From the NCBI RefSeq assembly GCF_001194135.2, contig NC_068988.1, positions 81,080,219 through 81,143,677 of the forward strand: a stretch of DNA of 63,459 nucleotides. Direction: 5' to 3'. The notes beneath the pieces were generated by a model, which saw only the letters and a program-made list of their open reading frames with translations, ran no database searches and was not told the origin of the DNA. Below are positions 1 through 12,408 of the stretch, one piece after another. The stretch is from Octopus bimaculoides. Lineage: Eukaryota. The position numbers were made by a program, and so were the translations under genes. How positions within the stretch are numbered: position 1 is the first letter of the stretch; every line of letters begins with the position of its first letter.

Positions 1-37
<37 letters not shown>

Positions 38-130
38 GTATATATATGCATATGTATATATTTATGTATATATATGTATGTATATGTATGTTTGTGTATA
101 TGTATGCATATATATATATGTATGTATGTG
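1..130. repeat. (TA)n/(TATG)n compound microsatellite
   Basis: Visible low-complexity TA/TATG run; it explains the spurious ORF 8..256. Confidence 0.95.
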
Positions 131-859
131 TATATATATAACCAATGGCTTGTAATGAGACACAGTTTAGGGCAGCTATGTCAAATTCTCTTATACACCA
201 GATGTGCCATCAAAACTCTTGATTGGACCATGTCAGGTGGGGGAGAAGAGCCATGAGGAACGTGAAAATCACGGTGATGCACCAGCATGACCGCAGCCAC
301 CTGGCTGAAACACATAAATAAATAAATATATGTATATACATGTATATGTATATATCTGTATGGGTGTTTTTTCAAAACATTGTCTGGTTGAAAAAGCCAC
401 ATCAGACGCCATGAAAGGGCTAAGGTGTAGGTGCAGGAGGTGGTCAAACTCTGTGTAAGGAGTAGACAACCACCACCATGTATATATATGTATGTATATA
501 TAGATGTATATGTATGTAAGCATATTGAAGGAAGCAAGAGTTAATTGTGTCATGCATGTATAGACACAGATACAATAGCTTTTTTTGCCGCTAATTAATG
601 AACAGTAATCAAGCATTCCAGTGCTAATAGTGGTTACTAGGTGAAACTGATTTCCATTTCATTGAAAGTTTTGAAGTGAATACTTCCAAAAAATGGGAAA
701 TAGAGGTGGTAGGCATAATTGTTGCAGTTATATGAAGTTGATGTTTTACAATATCAAAATGTTCCAAATGGTTTTTATGAAGCTGTATATATTAACTATA
801 TATGCACATGATCTATGGTGTATGTATAAATTACACGTGATTTCTATTGAGTTAGTCTG

Positions 860-1250
860 ACCAAATCCTTGTGAGTGGATTTCGTAGACAGAAACTAAAA
901 GAAGCACGTTGTGTATATGTGTTTGTATTTGTCCCACACCTCTGCTTGTCAACCAGTGTTTGTTTATGTCTATAACTTAGCAGTTTTGCAGAAACTCGTA
1001 CTTATTCTAAGTACCAGACTTAACAAAAAAGAAGTACTAAAAATTCATCAAGTCACTGCTCCAGCATGGCTGCAGTCTAATGACTGAAAGAAGTAAAAGA
1101 TAAAAAATGTATATCTGACATTTCCCAGCTATATGATTTTGGGTTCAGTCCCACTGCATGACACCTTGGGCAAATGTCTTCTATTAGAGCTTTTGATCAA
1201 CCAAAGCCTTGTGAGTAGATTTGCTTGAGGGAAATTGAAATATTGTGAGT
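860..1250 (+). mobile_element. Two truncated copies of SINE family A
   Basis: Shares blocks CCTTGTGAGTGGATTT..GAAACT..AAGAAGC, GCTCCAGCATGGC.GCAGTC.AATGACTGAAA and GGGTTCAGTCCCACTGC with the full copies at 8189 and 50230. Confidence 0.8.
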
Positions 1251-2475
1251 GTGCATATAGAAGAAAATATATTGATTAAGGCAGGTAAGTTGTAATACTA
1301 AAATGTATTATAATAGAAACTCAATCCGCATGCACAGAACTCTGGAATGATCAGTTGATTCTTGAAAAGAAAATAAATATGCTTTAAATCATCTCTAAGC
1401 AACTACTGAAAAAGAAATCTTTATCTTCCATCACAAACTTTTAAAAAGATTTTTTATCATTATCAATTGTCAGAACCAATCTATTTCATCTTTCCTATAG
1501 GAGTTCTATGGAATTTACCAATTTTATCTTTCTATGACAATATCTGAGCATAGAACTTTAAAAATGCATTGTATCATGAAATAATAGGTTTCACATCCAA
1601 ATCTTCAAATTTGCATTGGTTAGACAAGCCTGCACAACTTTATATTGTCATATGACCCGATACTGTATCTTCTAATCACTGACATCTAATCAGAACTATT
1701 TTGTCCAAAGCCTGTTGTAATCATTTTTCTGCCTTGTTTTACAGCCAACATTTTATACTTAACACAATACAAACATCATATATCTATACTAATTTAACTA
1801 GCTTACATTCATTTACTGACTTAAAATCTGTTAATTACTTTACATCATATTTAGTACCAAATCTATTACACTTAGTATGTTTTATTGTCCATGGTTCACT
1901 GCAGTTTCTACTTGGTAGATTTGTCATCAATAAAAATTGTGGTTTCAAAACTTATTGAAATTATGTTATGTTAAATCATTACTTTTCAGCTTCCTCAAAT
2001 TATTAAAGAACTCTATGCTCTTTAGTTCTTCACAGTTAATTATTCAAAATACAGATGTTATAAATGCTTCCTCAGTGTATATGAAATCCCATTTCTGTTT
2101 CATACATACTCTTTTTACTATATTGAACTGGACCATTTTTATAATGCACCTTACAAAAGATTTATTATGTTCACTTTTAGATCTTTTCTCCATCACCAAA
2201 TTTGGAATTTCTTTTTCAGTTCTTCTGTTTATTATATTAAGATATTTATCTTCAGATATTTGAAATTAATCAAATTGATTAATTTCACAACTGTTCCAAA
2301 TTTCTGTTGAAATCATGTTCCCATTTACTATTTCTGCTTACTTTGTGTGAAAAGCTTTCATGATCTTCTGTATACTCCTGAATACATCCTGTTTAATTTA
2401 TAGATCATTTATCAGTTGAAAAAGACAATTGAAGATGTACGTAGACCAAAATGACCACAACACTAGTTACTTTTA

Positions 2476-3303
2476 TACGAGATGGTATTAAAAAGTCCCT
2501 GGACTAGTTCTGTAGTGTGCACAGTGAGAGCTAGCAGTGACCTTCATGAGGCAGTGTGCTGAGTAACATCACTGTGTTTACTTCACAAGTTGTAAGATTT
2601 GTGATTTTGTAATCACATGTATGCTGTTGGAACAAAGAGCCAATGTGAAATTTTGCATTAAACTTAGAAAGTCTGCTACAGAGACATTGAGCATGCTTTG
2701 GCAAGCTTACAGTGATGAGGCAATGGGTTGTACACACTGTTTTGAGTGGCCTGGGTACTTCCAAAGCAGAAAAATGTCCCTGGAAGACCTGCCACAAGTG
2801 TCAGTCCCGGAAATGTGGAGAAAATTTATTAGCTTGTGTATGAGGATCATCAGAAGGCAATCAACAACATTGCTGATGTTGTTGGTCTGTACAGGCAATT
2901 CTAATGTCCACGAAGAAGTGGATTCTTCACGACAAATGCACCCTCTCATTGAACTCTTCTCACACATGAGTTTCTCGCCCAAAACAACATGGTATTGCTT
3001 CCACACCCACCCTATTCACCAGATTTAGCACCTGCAGACTTCTATCTCTTCTCCAAGATAAAAACACAACTCAAAGATCACCTTTTTTATCACTGTTGTC
3101 AAGATCAAGAGCGAATTACAGCAGTTCCTCGACTCACTTATGGAAAACAACTTTCAGGCCAGATTCCAAAAGTGGCAGGAACACTGCAACTGGTTTATTG
3201 CTGTGCAAAGTAACTATTTTGAAGGAGATGATATTAAAGCTTAGGTAAACAAGTTATTTCTTATTAGACATAACTAATCAGGGAACTCTGATACCACCTT
3301 GTA
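2476..3303 (+). mobile_element. Mariner (DD34D-type) transposon, internally deleted, non-autonomous
   Basis: N-terminal HTH relic NVKFCIKLRKSATETLSML (2621-2790) and HPPYSPDLAPADFYLF (2989-3050). Imperfect TIRs TA-CGAGATGGTATT / ATACCACCTTG-TA with TA flanks. Confidence 0.9.
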
Positions 3304-3613
3304 ACCTCAAAACTGCTGGGTTGAAGGTGCTAAGGTAGCTTTGACCATTCAACAATATCTCTGCAGCTGAACTGCAAATTGAATGAAATAGGGTTTGACA
3401 GGCAGACAGTAATACCTTCTACTACCCATAATGTTAGAATATGTTTTATTGACCAACAGAGACAAAACATCAATATCTTGTGATATATCAATGGATTACT
3501 CAACTAGCTGATAGAAGACTGTCAAAGCCTTTCTTTGTATGCAGAGATATAAGAACGCTTGCTTCTACAAGCTGAAGCTAATATTTTAGCTCTATTTTTC
3601 ATGAGATTTTATA

Positions 3614-3675
<62 letters not shown>

Positions 3676-3690
3676 GCAAGNNNNNNNNNN

Positions 3691-3739
<49 letters not shown>

Positions 3740-4388
3740 GCAAGGATATATTATTGCTTACTTTCATTGTTTAATTTTTCACTCATTTTATTTGTCTCAA
3801 AATCTTTCTAAAATAGGCACACGGTCTGAAATTTTGGGGAGAGTGTTAGTTGATTACATCAACCCCAGTATTTGACTGAATGCTTATTTTGTCAGTATTT
3901 AAACTTAGAGTGTAGAGAGCTAGAAGAAATGCTGCTAAGCATTTTTGTCTGATGCGCTTACAATTCTGCCAGCTCGCCACCTTAATGATAAATCTTTGTA
4001 ATAAGTTGATGCTTAATGTATTATATCTTCCTGTGAAACTCTGCATATATGAAAAATAATCATTCCTTTCATATTAGCGCTTATAAATGTCTTAAAATAT
4101 TCATGTTTGTCTAAGTTGGTAGAAAATGAGAGCATCTCATTCTAATCAAAATATTTCTGTCCCATGTCTGAGAAATTTAAGACAAATTCTCTATTCTTGA
4201 TTTTAATGAGAATTCATTTTTTTCTTTCTCAAATGTACCTGTTCAGTTCGGTATTTATTACAAAATATTTCCTTTTCTTTCTGTTCAGCTTATTTTACTT
4301 TTTTATCAATATTATTGCCTTGCTTCATATTTTCTACAGTTCAGATTTATTTTGGAATTATCAGTTCTATTTTATGAATATGTATAAT

Positions 4389-4497
4389 AAATTTTATTGT
4401 AGTAATTTATATCATGAATTTTATTGTAGGAATTTATATCGTAAATTTTATTGTAGGAATTTATATGACAAATTTTATTATAGGAAATTGTATGATC
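4389..4497. repeat. 27-bp minisatellite, about 4 copies
   Basis: Unit AATTTTATTGTAGGAATTTATATCRTR repeated in tandem; it gives the repeated NLYxKFYCR in ORF 4164..4511. Confidence 0.9.
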
Positions 4498-5760
4498 ACT
4501 TAAAAGTTTAAGATGTCACCATTGTTCATTAATACAGCCTGAAAAGTATATGCTTATTGCTTGCTTCCATGATTTAATTAGTAAACAGTTCTGTGTTCTC
4601 TCCAACTTTGTTATGCAAATATTTGAAGGCTGCTACTTGATTTTAAGTTTAGGGACTGTGACAGCCTATTTTTAAAAAGGTGAGTTGAAGTAAAGTATTT
4701 TGAAATTCGTCAATTTTCAAATTTGATTGCTTTTTATCTGTATATTAGAAAAAAATAAAACATATTTTTTTTAAATGTTGTTTTGTTTTCAAGTTAATTT
4801 GAAAAGATCTCTATAAAGATTAGACAAGGTTTTCATACAATAGTGAAAGGATTAGACACATTGACATTATCCTGGGGACAGTTCACAGTAAATATGTATA
4901 AGCAAATGGTTATATTTATATATATGTAACCATTTGGTTAAAGTAAGAATTCTTGTTCTGATAAACATTCACTGTTTTGGCAGGCCAGAACTAGGTTTTC
5001 ATTGAGTTTCAGAATTAGGCTATAACAATTATTCATACAAAGAAAACCATCTAGACGTTGCATAGTGACTCCAAATGTTAGGTCTCACTGTCACCAAAGA
5101 TCTTTCCCAATGATCAAATCCCAAAGCAGATTTGTACAAAGCTAGGATTGTATTCAAACAACTGGCCCTTTTCTTCAACCCCAGAAGTTATGTCAGCCCC
5201 CAACAGTTACTGATAATCTACAAAGTTTGTGTGAGGGTCACAGTGGAGCATTGCTCCCACATCTGAATTGGTGCTGCTTCCACTGTACATATAGGTTTCC
5301 TCTAGAGAAGGAGCATATGACTAATGGACATTGTCACTGACTGACACATTCCAGTCTTCAGCCCTCAGGTCTGCTGTCTTCTTTCTCTGCTTTTTCTACT
5401 ACTGCTATAATGGCCTCTACACCTTGGAACTTGCAAAGTTCATGCCACTTCACTAAATTATTCCTTACCACTTATAAGTTTTATTAGTTTTGGAGGGCTT
5501 TCAAAGGTACTGCCACTTCCTTCCAGTCCAGCAAGTAAAAATAAACAATAAAATAGATCAAATAGATAAAACAGAACAAAAAGACCTTCCCTATTCTAAT
5601 AGAGGCTGAGCAGAATTGAGTAGTTAATAAGAGATTTTAAGTGTGTAAAGAGACCAGATAAAGAATATGTTGCAATAGTAACATGAACTGTAAAAAATAT
5701 TGGATGTTTGTATATAGTTAGAATAAGTCTTATCTTTTATCTGGATGTTCCTCCTTACAG

Positions 5761-5812
5761 TCAGTATCCTCGAAGCCATTCTGTAAGAAACCTACTGGTT
5801 AACAAATTTAAA
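5761..5812 (+). CDS. Candidate isolated 52-nt internal coding exon (xQYPRSHSVRNLLVNKFK), product unknown
   Basis: Pyrimidine-rich acceptor ...TTCCTCCTTACAG, donor AA/GTATGT, one open frame, non-repetitive context. No partner exons were identified. Confidence 0.35.
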
Positions 5813-6524
5813 GTATGTTTATTGCTATCTCAGCTTTGTTTCAGTTGAACATGCTGTTGTACCAGTTGATTGTTATGGAAGTTGATGACATAGGCACCAT
5901 TTGTTGATGGTTGAGTATCTGGGTCAATAAATAGGCAGTTGTACCAGTTGTCTTATAAACTACAGATAAACTGGTACAAGTTTTGTTAAAAAGTGTCTAA
6001 CAAACAAGACTAAAATTGATTTCATACATTGTTACAAGGTATTGAATCAATATAATGGTGCAGGTGTATCAAGGCTAGTTATGTAACCTGTATTATGGGG
6101 AAAAGATTGAAATAAAATATCCCAACACAATGCAGTTTATTTGTTTACTTGATCTTTAATTGTTGTTGTTTAGCTTCAGATCAGGGTTGATCTGAAACTA
6201 AGCATTCTAATCAGATGTTCTATTATATTTTTTAAAGATTTAGGGTTAGATACAAGGTAGATTTAGCTACTGTTTTCAGCAAGTTGGGTTGCTACATTAC
6301 CTTGAGGTCTGTGTGTGTGTTGTTACAGTGGTATTGAATTATAGATAAATTGTCAAATTCTTAATTTGGTGTCCTATCATCATTAGAATATTCTGCCTCT
6401 GTTGTTTGTTACTCTACTATAAAAATAAACCAGAGGTGATACAAGGATTTGTTAAAGATATAGTATAGTGCTGGATTATAAATTCATACCAATGTATCCT
6501 TTTTGAGGTTGGCAGTTGTTTTAC

Positions 6525-6720
6525 TCCAAGTCATTTCTGATTGAGCAGAATTTTAATCTAAGGCATGCCAGCCATGACGATCTCATCTTTTATCCAGACA
6601 TGGTATATTGAGGACTGTGTAGCCCAATAAATTCTTTACTTTCTTAAGATATAGGGGTTTGATAATAAGAGAGTTAGCTGCTATTTCTAACAGGTCTAGT
6701 AAACTCATAGCAGCGTCTTC
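6525..6720 (+). repeat. Interspersed repeat (related copies at ~6170-6300 and ~26765-26925)
   Basis: Shared blocks TTGAGC...AGGCAT.CCAG..A.GAC/GCC.ATC and GATTT.G.TGCTATT.CTA.CA.G between the copies. Confidence 0.6.
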
Positions 6721-8188
6721 ATTGACCATGTGACTAATAACACAGTGAAGGTAGATGTGGATTGTGTATAAACCTAATTTAGAAATAGATGTTGTTAATT
6801 AGACAATGTAAATGAGAAACAGTCCTGTAATAAATATAGAATACATTAATCAGTTGGCTACTACACAGATGATATGCAAATTTCTTAAAGGTTTTTTTTT
6901 TTTTTTGCTGCAACCTGTATAAGATTCATCATTTGTTTCAACAGTAAATATATGGTGTGCATCTATTCAAACCATGATGGGAACTAAAAATAAAGAATGG
7001 TAAAACATTTGCTACATCGAAACACCATTACCACCTTTCTAACTTCAGCACCACATTAATGGCTTCATAAAATATGAGAGATTTTACTACCACTGTATTT
7101 GTTTATAAAAGTACATATTTTTGTGATGGTCATTTATTGTCTGTCACAATCAGCATTTTAACTTCAATATATAATCAAGTTGAAGAATTGGTAGAGTCAT
7201 TAGAAGATCAGATAGAATTCCTCATGGTATTTGTTCTGATACCTTAGCGCTCTGAGTTCAAATCTTGCTGAGGTCAACTTTTCATTTCATCATTTCTGGG
7301 TTGATGATTAAAGTACTAATCCTGGGTGGAGGATTGGCAGAACCAGAAGAATATTAGATCAGATGCCTTATTGTATTTCTTCTGGCTCTTGTTATTCTGA
7401 TTTCAAATCCCACCATGTTCTAAATGAGTGGTAGACTTATCCTGTCACCCAGTTTAATACCCCTACCTGGCACTTTGAGTGTCTTTAATGAAACCTGCTC
7501 TGTTGTGAGCATTCTGGCCAGGTTTTCAGTTTGAGTATTCCTTCTTTCTACTGGTCTTGGAGACTTTGTAAACGGTCATGGCCAATGCTTTCCCTCCTGA
7601 TTAACAGAATAAAAAAAATCATTTAAATGAACTAGCAACAACCAAAAATCAACTCTGTCTCATAAACTTTGAAATGTAGTTCTTATTCTAAAATCTCTAC
7701 TATCCATGAATAGTCTTGTGAAAAAAGTATCAAAAATACCATTTTGTTTATAAATCTATAGTGTCATTATATTTAATGATATCTCTAATTCAGTGCTAAA
7801 ACCCAAAATTCTAAGCTTGTTTTATGTGGTGCGTTATGTTTAAAATAGTAAGTGCTAGAAAATGGTAACTTGAAGCTGTTTACATTGGTTCTTCATTCTG
7901 AGAGAAGAGAGAATAGTTCTTGTAAATACAAAACCTCAAAAAGCTAGCTTTTTCTGAAGTTGAAATAAAAACAGCTACTGTTGCAGGTAATGACTAATAA
8001 TAGAATGTTTTGCTTAATGAAGCCATGAAAAAAAAAAAAAATGTTGAGTTCCAGACATAACTTCTTTACATTCGAATTAAGAAAAGTTTGTTGAGGTTAA
8101 TAAACCCAAAGATAAGGTTGCCTGTGAGGCTGATAAAAAAAAATACCTGCAACAAAGTGATTGCTAATTAGATATGAAATAGTTTTAA

Positions 8189-8540
8189 GAGTGGCTGTGT
8201 GGTAAATAGCTTGCTTACCAACCACATGGTTCCGGGTTCAGTCCCACTGTGTGGCACCTTGAGCAAATGTCTTCTACTATAGTATCGGGCTACCCAAAGC
8301 CTTGTGAGTGGATTTGGTAGATGGAAACTGAAAGAAGCCTGTTGAGTATGTATATATATTTATGTGTGTATATGTCTGTGTTTGTCCCCCCACTATCCTT
8401 GTAACTCAGCAGTTCAGCAAAAGAGACTGATAGGATAAGTACTAGGCTTACAAAGAATAAGTCCTGGGGTCAGTTTGTTCGACTAAAGATGGTGCTCCAG
8501 CATGGCCACAGTCAAATGACTGAAACACGTAAAAGAGTAA
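8189..8540 (+). mobile_element. Full-length tRNA-type SINE, family A (Octopus-type)
   Basis: A-box-like TGGCTGTGTGG, B-box-like GGTTCAGTCCC, internal (TA/TG)n tract, 3' tail GACTGAAACACGTAAAAGAGTAA; several near-identical copies in the window. Confidence 0.9.
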
Positions 8541-10099
8541 GTAATTTAAGTAAGTATTTATTGATAATGAGTTTTGACAATGGCTGTCTACTTGTCTCTA
8601 CATTGATTGACAGCTCAGCAATCTATTTTTCTTGTCAAACTATTGTGAAAATAATCATTGGTTTAATCTGTAGAGCTCTTTATACAAATCATGAGGAGGC
8701 ACATTTCACCGTTGAATGAAGATGAGGAGGAGATGGTGCAGATTAACATTTTAATTAGCATTTTGTGAGTTTAAATTATTCCATTTGTCATCAGAGAATG
8801 TGTTATGCTAGGCAATAGCTTCTTCTCCAAATCTGTGGTCTTATGCTATAGTTAGACTTTAAAACAACCAGCTCTATCACCACATAGTACTTCAGTACAT
8901 AGCTGGACAGATTGTGGAGGATTTTTTGTAGAACATTATGCAGTATAAATGACTCATAAGACCGAATTCTAACAACCTGTAGACAGATGCCATTCTTTCA
9001 TTTATATATATATATATATATATATATAGTGCCTTTTCCTGTCTCCTCTCATGGCTCATCTACCTAGCGTTCATAATAATTTTTCTATCATCTTGGCTCA
9101 ACAGCCCTCACCGTTTGTTTTTACTGTCTTGTTCTCACTGTTCTGTTTTTGTTAACACTTTCACCCTCCTCAAAAAAACTCAAATTTTATTTAATTTGCT
9201 TTGCGGGAGCCATGCGCGTATTGTCCTTACCTTCGAAATGCGGAGTAGATGAAACAGGGACAACTGACGAAGAGGTATACCCTTTATGTCGCATGTCTCG
9301 TTTCTCTGTTTGTTTTTTTTTCAATGTTCGAAAAAATGTTTTTCATTGTGTTTAACATTTTTTTTTATGTCTTGTACCCATATATGCATATATATATATA
9401 TATATACATATATATGTAGGTATGTACATATACGTATGGATATATGCATATATTTATATATTATTTATATTATTATATATATATATTTAAAATAATAAGG
9501 GTGAAAAATTGAATATTAATTTGATTAATATCAATTTAAAACCAGTAACCCAGTGTATTGAAAAATCTGCAGATTCAGAAAAATTATATNNNNNNNNNNN
9601 NNNNNNNNNNNNNNNNNNNNNNNNNNNNNNNNNNNNNNNNNNNNNNNNNNNNNNNNNNNNNNNNNNNNNNNNNNNNNNNNNNNNNNNNNNNNNNNNNNNN
9701 NNNNNNNNNNNNNNNNNNNNNNNNNNNNNNNNNNNNNNNNNNNNNNNNNNNNNNNNNNNNNNNNNNNNNNNNNNNNNNNNNNNNNNNNNNNNNNNNNNNN
9801 NNNNNNNNNNNNNNNNNNNNNNNNNNNNNNNNNNNNNNNNNNNNNNNNNNNNNNNNNNNNNNNNNNNNNNNNNNNNNNNNNNNNNNNNNNNNNNNNNNNN
9901 NNNNNNNNNNNNNNNNNNNNNNNNNNNNNNNNNNNNNNNNNNNNNNNNNNNNNNNNNNNNNNNNNNNNNNNNNNNNNNNNNNNNNNNNNATATATATATA
10001 TATATAATATGGGTGGCTTATTAGCAATTTAACAACCTAAAGGCAAATTTATAGACATCACTAAAGTGACAGAGGGTACTAAGTAGTATATTTGTGAAT

Positions 10100-10430
10100 G
10101 CACATGGCTCAGTGGTTAGAGCATCAAGCTTACAATCATGAGGTTGTGAGTTTGATTCCTGGACAGGGCTATGTGTTGTTTCCTTGAGCAAGACACTTTA
10201 TTTCACATTGCTCCAGTTCAATCAGCTGTAGAAATGAGTTACGACATTACAGGTGCCAAGCTGTATCAGCCTTTGCCTTTCCCTTGGATTAACATCAGTG
10301 GCACGGAGAGAGAAGGCTGGCATGCATGGGCGACTGCTGGTCTTCCATAAACAACCTTGACTGGACTTGTGCCTTGGAGAATAACTTTCAAGGTGCAATC
10401 CCATGGTCGTTCATGACCGAAGGGGATTTT
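10100..10430 (+). mobile_element. tRNA-type SINE, family B
   Basis: TGGCTCAGTGGTTAGAGC head, GTTTGATTCC B-box, CCTTGAGCAAGACACTTTATTTCACATTGCTCCAG core; second copy at 48368-48685. Confidence 0.85.
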
Positions 10431-11606
10431 CTTTCCCTCCTTCCTATATATATTTACATGCAGTTAAATATATATCTGGTCATAGAATGACCAATGGTTT
10501 TGCATCCATAAAGCAGTTGGCTGTATGGACAACTTGTCAGACTCTAATGGTGGATATGCCTTCCACCATTAGAGACTGACAAATTGTCCATAAAGTTAAG
10601 CGCTTTATGAATGTGAAACCATTGATCATTCTCTGGCTGAACATATATTTAACTGCATGTAAATACATCACTGCTCTATACTTTAGAGTGTGCTTCTTTT
10701 TCTGATATATGATCCACTGGCTTGCTAGTCGTCAATCAAACCGTCCAACCCTTGCCAGCATGGAAAGCAGATGTTAAATGATGATATACAGTAATCTGTG
10801 TTAGTGTGCTGATTAAATTTAGTGTTTGGGTGATAGGATTACTTAACCAGTTGTGGCTGGATGAAGAAGCAGCTTCATCCAAACAAGTACTAAATACAAA
10901 ACTCCAATTTGCAGAAAAATGTTTTAATTTAAGCGATCTGTTACAATAATTCTAGATTTGAAGGAAAACAAATTTCGTCCATAAACAAAGAGAAGGATAA
11001 CATTTAACAACAGCTGCACTGGACATATTAAATAGAACATTGATATGAGGCTTCAATTTAAACATCAAGAAACACAGAGACTGTATTATTTCTGTATATT
11101 CTGTGAAAGAAGTGTTACTGAGATAAACCATGTTCTACAAGTTTAAGGATGATTTTGTTTGTGCTCAACACACACATACCGCACAAAAGTTCAGTGCCAT
11201 TGGTAAAACTTGGTGGTTTAAAATGGCTGGGTATCTGAATTGTTCGTACAAAGTGGTCTGGTAAGATTCCAGTAGTTTTGCATAAGTTTGGTCTATTTTA
11301 TTTACATAGAGGTATGATTGTTGAACTGATTACTGTCCAGTTTAGTGGTTTCTGGGTAAACCCAATGGTTCACTGTTTATCACTGTTATGTCTATTGTGA
11401 CTACAACTATATTGGAAATACTGTGACTGCTGATACCATTGTTTTGCTTTGTAAAGTGGTACACATTGGTACTGTGTCTCTGGGTGGTGTTCACTGGCTT
11501 TATGACTTTGGGCTAGGCTTCTTAATATAACATCAGTCTGACTTGATTGGAAATGTGATGAAGTAAGCACACTAACTTAATAAGTCTTGACAGGGATTAC
11601 ATAGGC

Positions 11607-11790
11607 TCATCTGTTGATGTCAATGTACCATGGTAGATGAACAGGTTGTACCAGTTGATTAGTCTCGAAGGTGATGACAGTACATCTGTTGATGTCAGTG
11701 TATTTAGGTAGATAAACAGGCTGTTGTACAAGTCGATTAGTGCAGGAAGTGATGACATAGGCACATTTGTTGAATATTTGTTTACAAACT
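11607..11790. repeat. ~75-80-bp tandem repeat (2+ units); related unit at 5850-5950
   Basis: CATCTGTTGATGTCA recurs at 11608 and 11683. TTGTACCAGTTGATT and GATGACATAGGCAC are shared with 5855-5905. Confidence 0.75.
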
Positions 11791-12408
11791 GCTAGCATGA
11801 AAGTCTAAGGTTATTGTCATCGAGGTGCCATGAATGCAACAACATGAGGTATTTGCTACAGATTTTTTACATTGGTACAAAACCAGAGACATTAGATGAG
11901 AAATATTATCATCCCAAGTACATATGTGGTATTGATTTAATTGGTCCCAGATGGCTGAAAAATAAAATTGCTGCTGGTGACATTTTAATTCAGAAGAGAT
12001 GGAGATATAATTCAATATTTCCAGACACTGATGGTACCGTTTCTTTTACTCTATCACTTTGTTGTGAATACAATTATCAACCTTCAAGATGTAGTGGTAT
12101 ACTATAGGACAGGTGATTTGGAGCACCAAAACAGTTTTATTTTAAAAGACACTGTGTTTTAAAGAGAGCAGAAATGCAATATAGATAAAGATGTTTGCAG
12201 ATAGTATTATAGAAAACCATCAAGATGAACATAGATCAATAGTTTTTTGTCCACATCATTAATAATTTGCAGTTATTTTCAGATCATTTCCAACTTTGCT
12301 GCTATTTCTCAGCAGGCTTTTTTGTGTGTGTAATTTTGACAGAAAAGCACAAAAAAAATTAACTTTCAACAACTTTATTTCACACCTATATATATATTTG
12401 AATTCTTG

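Noticed and set aside
3559-3875. ORFs and an apparent duplication of (TA)n-TTATGCAAG around a 10-N gap
   Set aside because: Microsatellite translation; the repeat on both sides of a minimal gap is typical of unmerged contig overlap.
7467-7596. Minus-strand exon-like segment (acceptor ..TTAATCAG, donor CAG/GTAGGG) reading EGKHWP*PFTKSPRPVERR..; considered Sec read-through
   Set aside because: All three frames contain a stop; there is no SECIS or homology evidence. At best it is a UTR or start exon.
9231-9300. CpG-rich stretch with a minus-strand donor GAAG/GTAAGG, resembling a first exon or promoter
   Set aside because: It appears to be part of a dispersed repeat followed by a TA-rich tail, which explains the CpGs; no independent support.
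9509-10027. Long ORFs spanning N-runs (also 15228-15816, 25233-25806, 48787-49327)
   Set aside because: They are open only because of assembly gaps.
11290-12107. Hydrophobic frame LFITVMSIVTTTILEIL*LLIPLF.. and ORF 11814..12107, considered as a receptor pseudogene
   Set aside because: No diagnostic motif (no Cys-loop or GPCR signature), with stops; the similarity is too vague.
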